IMG/VR virus record: IMGVR_UViG_3300005077_000018
Location: 1,686 to 65,685 of that record
Direction: 5' to 3' (one strand)
DNA: 64,000 nt
From: a virus
This document shows positions 18,761-27,900 of this stretch, piece after piece (position 1 is the first letter of the stretch; every line of letters starts with the position of its first letter). A model generated the notes under the pieces. That model saw only the letters and a list, made by a program, of their open reading frames with translations. It ran no database searches and was not told the DNA's origin. A program made the position numbers and the translations under genes.

Positions 18761-18792
18761 GAGGGTGGGAGATCCGAAATTCTCCCACCCTC
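18761..18792 (+). terminator. Perfect 12-bp hairpin after the capsid gene
   Basis: GAGGGTGGGAGA / TCTCCCACCCTC, 8-nt loop; no U tract, so attenuator or stabiliser. Confidence 0.6.
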
Positions 18793-18806
18793 GAAGGAAT
18801 AAAAAA

Positions 18807-20132
18807 TTGGATTTTTCTGTTATCGTTCCGTCGTTCAATTCCGCGAAGTATCTTCCGGATCTGTTTCACTCCATATTCGGAGGCGAAACTTCTATTGGCG
18901 TTCTCAAAGCTCAAACTATTCTACCGTACGAAATTATAGTTGTTGATGATGCCTCTCAGGATAATACAGAAGAGGTAGTTGATTCGTTTAGAAGCAAATT
19001 TCCCAGGATATCCTACTACAGGTTGAACAGAAATAGTGGAACTCCTGTGGCTTGCAACGTAGCCGTCAGAAACAGTTCTACGGAAATAATCACTAGAATT
19101 GATTCCGACGATATGCGAGAGTTCGAATCTTTCGAGCGGATGCTTTCTATTCAGAGGTCGAATCCGAATTCGTTCGTTTTCGACGACATAAAAATATTCG
19201 TAAATGGAAAAAGACAGGTTCACGCATGGATAATGCCTGAGTATGATTTCTTCGGTCTTTTGCGGCAAAATACAATTCATGCAGGAATAATGTTTCCTAA
19301 ATCCGCATGGGAGAAATGCGGAGGATATCCCGAAGAGTTTGTCCGCGGAAGAGATGACTGGTCATTCAATGTTGCTCTTGGATCTGTGGGATGTTGCGGT
19401 ATTCATGTTCCTTACGCTGGCTATTTGTACAGAAGAGAGCAGCAAAATCGAACTTTACGAAATTCGTCATCGGAAGCTCAGAGAGACTTCATGTTTCAGA
19501 TGACGAAAAGATTTCCTGATCTGTACTCTGGGAGGTTTCCTATGGGATGCTGTGGAAATAGAGGTTCGCGTACTGCGACTTCTAAACCCTCCGGTTCTTC
19601 GTCGGAACTGGTTGTTGGAGAGGAAGGAATGACAATCCTCGAATATCAGGGAGGAAATTACGGTACTGAGACTTTCTACGGTCCTGTAACCAGAACTCCT
19701 TATCGATTCAACTCCACAAAATATTCGAAAAGAAATGTAGACAATCGGGATTTGCACGCTCCGAAAGGTCAAGGTCTTTTGGATTTTCACAACGGATCTA
19801 AGCCGATATTCGTTATTTGGCGTCCTTCCGAGCCAGTCGTTCAGGTTAACGACGTTCCCGAAGTTCCCGACATTTCCAAGACTGTCGAAGTTCCTGAGAC
19901 TGCGGACGCAACTTCCTCTGAAGTCAATGAGGCTGTTATGACGTTTCCGATCAGAACTCCGATAGAATCGGGACAAGTGAAAGGAATAACGGTAAAGAGA
20001 ATAAAAGCTCTTTCCGACAGGGGCATATCGGATTGGGAATCTTTCGTGTCGTCTTCCTCGGAGCTTCTGTCCGAGATTACTGGAATGTCTGTTGAGGACA
20101 TCAACGCGATCAAGAAGGATCTGACTGAATGA
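18807..20132 (+). CDS. GT2 glycosyltransferase fused to an MGCCG-type domain and an HhH-like C-terminus
   Basis: SVIVPSFN, IIVVDDASQD, RIDSDD, GRDDW; TTG start after AAGGA. Confidence 0.85.
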   Translation: MDFSVIVPSFNSAKYLPDLFHSIFGGETSIGVLKAQTILPYEIIVVDDASQDNTEEVVDSFRSKFPRISYYRLNRNSGTPVACNVAVRNSSTEIITRIDSDDMREFESFERMLSIQRSNPNSFVFDDIKIFVNGKRQVHAWIMPEYDFFGLLRQNTIHAGIMFPKSAWEKCGGYPEEFVRGRDDWSFNVALGSVGCCGIHVPYAGYLYRREQQNRTLRNSSSEAQRDFMFQMTKRFPDLYSGRFPMGCCGNRGSRTATSKPSGSSSELVVGEEGMTILEYQGGNYGTETFYGPVTRTPYRFNSTKYSKRNVDNRDLHAPKGQGLLDFHNGSKPIFVIWRPSEPVVQVNDVPEVPDISKTVEVPETADATSSEVNEAVMTFPIRTPIESGQVKGITVKRIKALSDRGISDWESFVSSSSELLSEITGMSVEDINAIKKDLTE

Positions 20133-20479
20133 TTGACGATATTCTTAGAATTCCTCTCGCGATTCTGGCCGTCTTTAGAGTTACCGAACTGATGGTTTAT
20201 GACGACGGTCCTTTCGGAGTATTTCTACGATTTCGTCATTTTCTGGCGGATCTTTCTACTTCGTCGCGAGCAAGGAATTCGGGAATCAGAACCGTAAGTA
20301 CCGAACTTGCCGACTGGGTTCATTGTCCGTTCTGTGTTGGAGTTTGGATCTCTGTGGTATTTGCGGTTCTGATTCTGATTCCTTCCATTCCAGGAGATGT
20401 TATCATATTGATCCTGGGTTTGGCCGGAGGACAGTCATTTCTACAGCAAAAGGTTTCAAGAGATGCGCTCACGCAATAG
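20129..20479 (+). CDS. DUF1360-like membrane protein
   Basis: LAVFRVTELMVYDDGP and CPFCVGVW with hydrophobic helices. Confidence 0.7.
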   Translation: MIDDILRIPLAILAVFRVTELMVYDDGPFGVFLRFRHFLADLSTSSRARNSGIRTVSTELADWVHCPFCVGVWISVVFAVLILIPSIPGDVIILILGLAGGQSFLQQKVSRDALTQ

Positions 20480-20530
20480 TTTGGGTTTTTTGCAAGGTGT
20501 AAAAATACCTATTGCAATTATGCGCGAAAA

Positions 20531-20545
20531 AATCGAACGTTGTAG
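20531..20545. repeat. Dispersed 15-mer AATCGAACGTTGTAG, copy 1
   Basis: Identical at 51438-51452 and 56551-56565. Confidence 0.9.
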
Positions 20546-20582
20546 TGGCTCGTTTTTGGTCATTTTTAGGGTTGTATAACCA

Positions 20583-21638
20583 ATGCAAATCTATGGAGCT
20601 GGATTAGATCCTCAAGCTGTTTCTCTAAGCAGATATGCCTCTATCGTGGGCTATACTGAGTGGGCTTTCTTCGGAATATCTCACAGTTCCAACTACAGAT
20701 ACAGTATACGAGAAATCTGGAATGAGCATCAGAGGCAAGAAATCGTATCGAGTCTTTCTCAAGCTCAGTCCATGCTAGAAGATGTTATCGGATATCCTCT
20801 GGCTAAGCGTTGGATAGCAGGAGAAAGACACAATCTTTCCGGAAATACTCCCGAAATTCTTTTGACCAAATGGTGCGACGTTCAGGATCTAGGAGTGGAG
20901 CTCAACGAGGTACTCTCAGAAAACGTCCTGATAGATTATACAGGCTCGATTCCTACCGTTTCTATTCTTGTTTCTGAGGATGTTCCTATTCAGGAAGTTC
21001 ATGTTTTTCATCCCGGAGAATCTGAAGAGATAGAATCTTCAAGAAAATCGTCAGTTCCTTCTGGAAGTAATTTCGTTATAACTATTCAGATTCCTCAACC
21101 AAGACTTGTAACTCTTGAGAACAGAGAAAATCCCGAGGAAGGATGGACTAGTGACGATCTTTCGAAATTTCTTTCCGTGGTTGATGTTAGAAGAATACGA
21201 AATGATTCGTCAGTTCAGGCTAATTTCATCAGAAGAATAAATATGACCTCGTCTTTTGGATCCGAGGAAGCTTATCCAGGATTGGAGTATTGCGAAGATC
21301 CTGTTATAGGAAAAATTCAGACTATTCTTTATCCGTCTTTGGGAGGATGTACTCCTTTCGAAGTGGTTGAACTAAACTATTCCGCAGGACGAACCACGAT
21401 ATCAAGAGTAGCAGAAAACATTTTGGTCAGATTAGCTCACTCGTTGATGCCTTCTGAGCCTTGCGGTGAAGATGTAGTTTTGAGGCTGTGGACTAGGGAT
21501 CAGACAATTCCGAAGATTCTTACCAAAGAAAGAATTGAGTGTCCATTCGGAATGTCTGACGGAGCCTGGAGTGCTTGGAAATTCGCTCAGAATATAACGG
21601 TCTTCAGAGCATCCACTACCGCTGTGAGGTATTCATGA
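20583..21638 (+). CDS. Putative head-tail adaptor
   Basis: Position after capsid; C-terminal Y.AG...RLAH. Confidence 0.5.
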   Translation: MQIYGAGLDPQAVSLSRYASIVGYTEWAFFGISHSSNYRYSIREIWNEHQRQEIVSSLSQAQSMLEDVIGYPLAKRWIAGERHNLSGNTPEILLTKWCDVQDLGVELNEVLSENVLIDYTGSIPTVSILVSEDVPIQEVHVFHPGESEEIESSRKSSVPSGSNFVITIQIPQPRLVTLENRENPEEGWTSDDLSKFLSVVDVRRIRNDSSVQANFIRRINMTSSFGSEEAYPGLEYCEDPVIGKIQTILYPSLGGCTPFEVVELNYSAGRTTISRVAENILVRLAHSLMPSEPCGEDVVLRLWTRDQTIPKILTKERIECPFGMSDGAWSAWKFAQNITVFRASTTAVRYS

Positions 21639-22168
21639 TAGCTATAAAATTCGAAGCTATAAGACCTCCTCAATTCAACTCTCAGTTCTACCGAAAGAAT
21701 TTAGTCTTCGAGATGGGAGCTTTCGGTAGAGAAGCCGTGAAGGAATTCTCCAAGGTTACTAAATTCTTCAAGTCCAACAGACCTAAATTTTCATACAATT
21801 TGAATACCATAGCCGAGGGAAGAACCAGAGTAGAAGTGTCAGTATCTACTGACAATCCTCTATTCTTTTGGCTTGATCAGGGAGTTCCTGCTCACGATAT
21901 AATTCCTAGAAAAAGATTCATATCAGGAACTTCAGGAACGTATCATTCGGCCTCTCTTCCTGGAACCCTCTCTACAGATCCTGCTGGAGGAACAAAAATA
22001 ATCGACGGAAGATATCTGAATTTAAACTGGGTAGTTCCCTGGTCAGGAATACGGGCAAGAGAGTGGACCAGACTTATAAGAGAGAAGATGGAGTCTGAGT
22101 ATTCCTTGGCTGACAGACTTCAGACAGCTCTAAATAAATCAGCTGGAGAATGCTGGAAGGGAGAGTGA
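21635..22168 (+). CDS. Putative neck/tail-completion protein (HK97 gp10-like)
   Basis: WLDQGVPAHDIIP and PWSGIRAREW; ATGA-coupled start. Confidence 0.5.
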   Translation: MIAIKFEAIRPPQFNSQFYRKNLVFEMGAFGREAVKEFSKVTKFFKSNRPKFSYNLNTIAEGRTRVEVSVSTDNPLFFWLDQGVPAHDIIPRKRFISGTSGTYHSASLPGTLSTDPAGGTKIIDGRYLNLNWVVPWSGIRAREWTRLIREKMESEYSLADRLQTALNKSAGECWKGE

Positions 22169-22533
22169 TGAAATCTGCCAGATTTATTCTTAGAAGACGA
22201 AGAGCAGTTATTCTCGAAATGGAAATCGAAGGAAAATTTCAGAGAGCTTCTTTTCCTGCCGAAAGTATTGCTCTTAGCAACGAAGATATCGTTTATATGA
22301 CTGAAGAGGAATTTTCTTTAGGAATTCCATTCGGCATACCCTTCGAGGATCGTTTATCCGGAAAGTTTCTTAGTCCAATTTCCATAGCAGAAGCACTTCA
22401 TAATGTGGGTTTGTGGACTTCGAAGGACATTCAGGAAAATCCTCGACTTGTTCAGTCAGCTTTGGTGTCTCTCTTGGGAGATACTCTACATGAGATCACC
22501 AGCTTAGCTCGGGAATTCAAAGCGAAGGAGTAA
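22168..22533 (+). CDS. Hypothetical virion morphogenesis protein
   Basis: ORF between neck and tail-tube genes. Confidence 0.55.
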   Translation: MKSARFILRRRRAVILEMEIEGKFQRASFPAESIALSNEDIVYMTEEEFSLGIPFGIPFEDRLSGKFLSPISIAEALHNVGLWTSKDIQENPRLVQSALVSLLGDTLHEITSLAREFKAKE

Positions 22534-22535
22534 AG

Positions 22536-23993
22536 ATGACTAATTATCTTGCTGGTCAAGCCTCTCTGTGGGTACAACCGGATGGACCCAATACTGAACC
22601 CAAATATCTTGGGTGTCACAGTATCGGGGATATTCCGGAACCGAAAGGCGATTCGACTTTTCTGTACTGTCCCGATCCGGCCCAGGTTGGGAAATTCGTG
22701 GTGAAGAACAGCTACCGTGGAGAGCCTGGGACTATCACTACGACTCTTGAGACCGATCTAAGGTCCACGGCTGACTATCTTGAGGATCTCTCCTCGAAGG
22801 GTTGTACCTTCCCGATCTTCGTTCACAAACTCACTACGGGTCGTCGCGACGTCTTCACCAACTTTGAACGGTCGTTTGTTCTTCGCGGTGTCGACATCAC
22901 CCAGAGCACTCTAAGTAAATTGGCCTCAAGAACACCTTCTGATGAAGGCGAATCTATGCAGTCCTTTGATCTGTCGGTTCTTCAGGTTCTTAGATGCTTC
23001 AATCTTCAGGCTGTCAGAACTTCGATTACGGAAACTGAGGACGTTACCGCCATCGCTGTTCTTGGTCAGGATCGTTGCGAAGGTGGCGGTCTTAGAAGAA
23101 TGGATCCTGAGGACTCTTTATTCGCCGCCACAAAGCATCTTTCCGGAAGCTCGGCCAATGTTGCCAATGTCCTGAATTCAGCTTACGAAGCTTCCTGGGG
23201 AGCCACCGGAGCAAATCCATTCGGTGCTGGATACGATATCAACGGAATAGTCGGATTCCTGATCTCCGCCACTTCGGTCAGAGTGGTTGTTGCCAGAGGA
23301 ACCACCATTGGTGGAACTCCGGCTCAAATCGCGTATTCTGACGACGACGGCGATACTTGGACGACCGTTACCGTTGGGTCGGTCAATGGAGAATTCGTTT
23401 CTGGAGCGCACGCTCTGTTCTCCCTCGACAGATATCACATCTGGCTCGGAACCAATCTCGGTAGAATATACTTCTCGGCTGACGGAGGTCTTACCTGGTC
23501 TCTTCAAGAGAATCAAGCCATATCCAACACAGCGATCAAGGGCATAGATTTCGTAGACGAGCTTACCGGAATGGTGGTTTACACCGGAGGAGAAGTCGGA
23601 CTCTCGGTTGATGGAGAGACCTGGTCCGAGCTGACGGATACCACTTCATCTGCCCTCGTTGACTGTCAGATGATCACCAGATACAATCTCTGGGCAGTCG
23701 GAACTGACGGAATGTTTTATTCCATGGACGGTGGAGTTACCTGGGTCAGCAGATCCTCGGATAACGTCGGAGCTATCGACTTCTTGAACGAAATGTTCGG
23801 TATAGCAGTCGGCGGAGCTGCCAACGGGAATATCTGGATGACCATAGACGGAGGGTATGACTGGCTTCCGCTGACTGCGGTGACCAATTCCGGCCTTACC
23901 GATGTTGTGGTCGTATCAACCAAGTTGGCCTATGTTGTCGGAAATGCCAACGGCGGAACAGGCTTCATTGCCAAACTCGTTCCGGCCTCCTAA
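22536..23993 (+). CDS. Major tail tube protein with C-terminal Asp-box (BNR) beta-propeller
   Basis: Precedes chaperones and TMP; SDDDGDTW, SADGGLTW, SMDGGVTW, TIDGGYDW. Confidence 0.75.
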   Translation: MTNYLAGQASLWVQPDGPNTEPKYLGCHSIGDIPEPKGDSTFLYCPDPAQVGKFVVKNSYRGEPGTITTTLETDLRSTADYLEDLSSKGCTFPIFVHKLTTGRRDVFTNFERSFVLRGVDITQSTLSKLASRTPSDEGESMQSFDLSVLQVLRCFNLQAVRTSITETEDVTAIAVLGQDRCEGGGLRRMDPEDSLFAATKHLSGSSANVANVLNSAYEASWGATGANPFGAGYDINGIVGFLISATSVRVVVARGTTIGGTPAQIAYSDDDGDTWTTVTVGSVNGEFVSGAHALFSLDRYHIWLGTNLGRIYFSADGGLTWSLQENQAISNTAIKGIDFVDELTGMVVYTGGEVGLSVDGETWSELTDTTSSALVDCQMITRYNLWAVGTDGMFYSMDGGVTWVSRSSDNVGAIDFLNEMFGIAVGGAANGNIWMTIDGGYDWLPLTAVTNSGLTDVVVVSTKLAYVVGNANGGTGFIAKLVPAS

Positions 23994-24039
23994 TTCTGAT
24001 CCAAGGGGAGATCTTGAAATCTGCCTTGAAATTTTATTA

Positions 24040-24087
24040 CTCTCGGAAGGAGGGAATGGTAACTCCCCGCCACCTTCCTTCCGAGAG
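24040..24087 (+). terminator. 15-bp hairpin after the tail tube gene
   Basis: CTCTCGGAAGGAGGG / CCTTCCTTCCGAGAG. Confidence 0.55.
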
Positions 24088-24101
24088 TCGGGGAGAACTA
24101 T

Positions 24102-24680
24102 ATGTCAAAAGGATATAAAAATACTCAGCTAGCTCAGCTAGTTGAGGATGTTTCCAGAACAGAAGAAGTTATCTGGACCAATTCTCGAGGAATTACTGTA
24201 AGACTTCTTCCTATTCCTCCGTATTTGGTTCAGTTGGCCTCTTCCTCAATTGAGAGACCTACTCCTCCTACTTATACGGTAAAATTAGAGGGTGGAGGAA
24301 CTGAAACGCATATTCATGATGAGACCTCAATAGCTCAATCCTCAGAAGAGGAGAAGAAGTTATGGGAGGACTACAAGTTAGCTGAGATGCAGGCTGATCA
24401 AGCTGTCTCAGATCTTATTCTGGATATCGTTCTCATGGAAGGAGTCGTTCTTGAGCCAGAGACGCTTGAAGCAAGCAAGAAAAGGCTCCAGTTGTATAGA
24501 GTGAGTCTTCCTGAGGATCCAGAGGAAGCAGAACTATTTATGCGAAGAACATTCCTTATCGGAAATAGAAATGACGCGGAGGCTATAGTTTCAGTTGCTA
24601 TGGCTTTGACTGGAGCTTCTCCGGAAAGGTTGAAAGTTATGCGTAAATCCTTTCCAGATCCAATGGACTCCGAGTCATAA
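24102..24680 (+). CDS. Tail assembly chaperone (G-like)
   Basis: Between tube and TMP; acidic, helical. Confidence 0.75.
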   Translation: MSKGYKNTQLAQLVEDVSRTEEVIWTNSRGITVRLLPIPPYLVQLASSSIERPTPPTYTVKLEGGGTETHIHDETSIAQSSEEEKKLWEDYKLAEMQADQAVSDLILDIVLMEGVVLEPETLEASKKRLQLYRVSLPEDPEEAELFMRRTFLIGNRNDAEAIVSVAMALTGASPERLKVMRKSFPDPMDSES

Positions 24681-24900
24681 CGAAGGGAAAGGAATTCCCA
24701 TTGAGAATCTCAAGATCTCTAAGGGTAGTTGGGAATTTTCTCAGCTGTTTCTTGAGGTGGGAGTAGCTAAGGATTGGAATATGGATCCGATGGAATTCTG
24801 GTCAAAACCTAGAATTGCTCGAGAACTTATGATAGCCTTCTCTATTTCGTCGGGAGAGATGACGACTTTTGAGCGAGATCAGGTTACCAAGGAGACGTAA
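24655..24900 (+). CDS. Frameshift extension of the tail chaperone (GT-like)
   Basis: +1 frame open 24634-24900, encoding QIQWTPSHNEGKG...WNMDPMEFWSKPRIARELMIAF; TAA overlaps the TMP ATG. Confidence 0.7.
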   Translation, partial: QIQWTPSHNEGKGIPIENLKISKGSWEFSQLFLEVGVAKDWNMDPMEFWSKPRIARELMIAFSISSGEMTTFERDQVTKET

Positions 24901-27900
24901 TGGCAACTCCTGCTGAGATAGGTCTAAGAGCCGTTCTCGACATGGCGAATATGGACTCTAACAGCAAGAGATTTCTTGCTGAAGTGGATCAACTGAAAAA
25001 GGAAGTATCCTCATTTGCTTCTAGTTCTTCCAGTTCTCTGCGGAATTCTGGTAAAGAAATGGGGATCTTCGGAGAAGCAGTCCATAGAGTCTCGTCCATC
25101 GTCAACGGAATCATCGTAGCTGATATTTTCCGAGGAATAGCTCGAGAGATTCGAGGAGTTGTTTCTGAAGTTTTTCAGGCTACTTCTGAGTTCCAGAGTC
25201 TTCAAATTCAATTCGAAACTCTAGCGGCTAGAGATTACATGGCTGAATTCGGAGGTAGCATTGACGAAGCTCTCGAAGCCACCTCAGGAACAGCCCAAGA
25301 TCTGTTGATGTGGGTAAGACAGATAGCTGTAACTACGCCGTTCACGGTGGAAAATCTAGGAAATACTCTCGCCATGGGAAAGGCTTACGGATTCACCACA
25401 GAGGAGGCTCAGAAGCTGGTTCTTACCGTAGGCGACTTTACTGCCGGAATGGGTTTGTCCGGTGAGGTCATGGAAAGAATCATCTACAATATGGGTCAGA
25501 TGATGGCCGCTGGAAAGCCAACAGGAAGAGAGCTTAGAGACCTATCCAACAGTTTTGTTCCGGTAATAGAAATAGCCGACAGAATGGCTGAGAAGCTGGG
25601 AGTAACCAGAAATGAAATGCTGGAGATGTTCAGAACCGGCAAAGTTTCTGCTAGAGAGTTTGTAGACGAATTTACCTTATTGGTTGGAGAACAATTCCCT
25701 GGAGCTATGGAGAGAATGAGCAGAACCTTCCAGGGAGTTACTTCCAACATACAAGACTTCATTCAGACTATCCTAGGTTTTGAGCTGCTGGGTCCGATAG
25801 CCTCAGACATAGCCTCCGATCTGAATGATGCTCTTAAGGGTTTGCTAACTCCTGAAGTTTTCTCGGTAGCTGAAGCCGGAGGAGAATCTCTATCCTTTGC
25901 TTATGGTAAAATAGCAGAAGCTGTAAAAGCTGGAATAAGCTCTATATCTGATTTCCGCAAAGCTCTTGGAATAAATGCTCCTACAGTTACCGGATTTGCC
26001 GAATCAATTCTACGAATTGCGGCTAATGCAGTCAATATGGCCGAGGGAGTGTACGCTGGATTCGACTCGCTTTCTGCGGCCATATCTGATGTTCTCGGCT
26101 TCTTCAATACCTCATTCGAGCAGCTTGGTGCTGATATGCAGCTCTGGGGTCAAAACGTAATTTATCAGTTCGCCGCAGGTATCGTTCAAGGAATAGTGTT
26201 TGTAATTCAGGCCATAACTGCTGTTGCCAATACCATAACGAAAATGCTTCAAGCTAATAGCCCTCCGCTTATTCTTCCTGAATTGGAAGAGTGGGGAGCT
26301 AGTGCTATGCTGTCATACATGAATGGTTGGAGAAATGCAGATTTTTCTGCCTTCGAGGATATCGGAGCTCTTCTAGAAAGAGCTATAATGTCATGGAGAG
26401 GAACAACTGACGAACAGGATCTTGTTTCTAGGGTTATAGGATCCACTATTTCCATGAGCTCTGCTGTGGAAGAATTCAAGAATTTCGGAAGAGTTAGTGA
26501 GTCGACTCTATCGAAGATAGCTGATGCCGCCGGATTTGCCAGCGATGAATTCAAGGACTTCATCAATCTTTCCCTCAGTTTCGAGGGTTTTCAGGGTATT
26601 TCGGATGCGGTAGAATCTGCTCTTGACTTCGAAGGAGTTGGCTCAGTCAACGTCTTCGGTCAGGTAGTCGATTCTTTTCAAGATCTGATCTCTATGGCGG
26701 ATTTGTTCGGACGAGACCTTTCTGCTACCGTATCTTCCTATGCCTCCGATTCCATGAGACTGATCGAAATAAATGATTTGGTGAAAAGATCTCAAGAAGA
26801 AATAAATACAGTCACAAAGCAATATGACGAAGTTCTCGCATCTTTGAATGCGGAGCTTCAGCTTCTGATCAATAGGCAAGAAGATACTACTAGAATATAC
26901 GACATAGACAAAGCTCTAACGAGTAAGATTCTTACCTCCAGAGAACGAGAGCGTTTGGAATTAGAAAAGAAGAGAATTCTTCTTGAAAGAGAAATAAAGA
27001 CCACTCAAGCAGAGAAAAATACCACTCTGAGCACCCTCAAATCTAAACTCGAGGGATATCAACAGGAACAAGACGCTATTGAGGCTAGGGTCAATAGAGA
27101 AAAAGATCTTCTAAAGAGCCTATCAGAAGCTCAACTTCAATCAGCCAAAGATCAGTTAGAAGCTGTAAGATCTGTAATTCAAGCTCAAATTGAGCTCAAT
27201 GAATTATACGGTAGAACCATAGAAGTTGGAGTAAAAGCTAAGAAGGGTGGAGCTGGTTCAGCAGAGGAACTCGCCGAGGAAATAGAGTCAGCTATAAGCG
27301 GAGCTATCGGTAGTGGAATAAACACCGAGGATATAGAGCTGGCTTTCGACGAACTGTGGGAAACCATAAAAGCTGAAGTTGACAAGGCTTGGGAAGAATT
27401 CGGGAAAATTTTTGATCCCATCGAGGAACCATTCAACGAGCTGGTCGGCGCTCTTGAGCAACTATTCGGTTCTGGAGAGCTTCAGAAGTCTATAGATGGC
27501 TTCGTAGCAGATGTTCAGACTGCTTTGAAGCCACTTTCTGATTGGTGGGAAACTGACGGAGAGAAACTCGCTACGGCTTTTGGAGAAATATTCGGAACTA
27601 TTTTGGGAAACATAATAGCCGATAATCCGAACACCGGAAAAAGTATGCTTGACGTTATAGCTGAATCGCTAGGATACATAGTTGACTCCATTGTTGAAAA
27701 TGGTCCCGAGCTTACCGATCTTCTCGGAGACGTGAAAGATTTTCTCAATGACGACGCTTTTCCTAAAATTCAAGAAATTCTTCTAAAGATTTCCAAAGAC
27801 GTCATTCCCAAAATCATAGATTTCGTTGTTCAAGCCGGACCGACCGTTCTTGATATTTTGGGTTTCATCGTAAGAAACGTTGACAAGATAGTTTTGTTTC

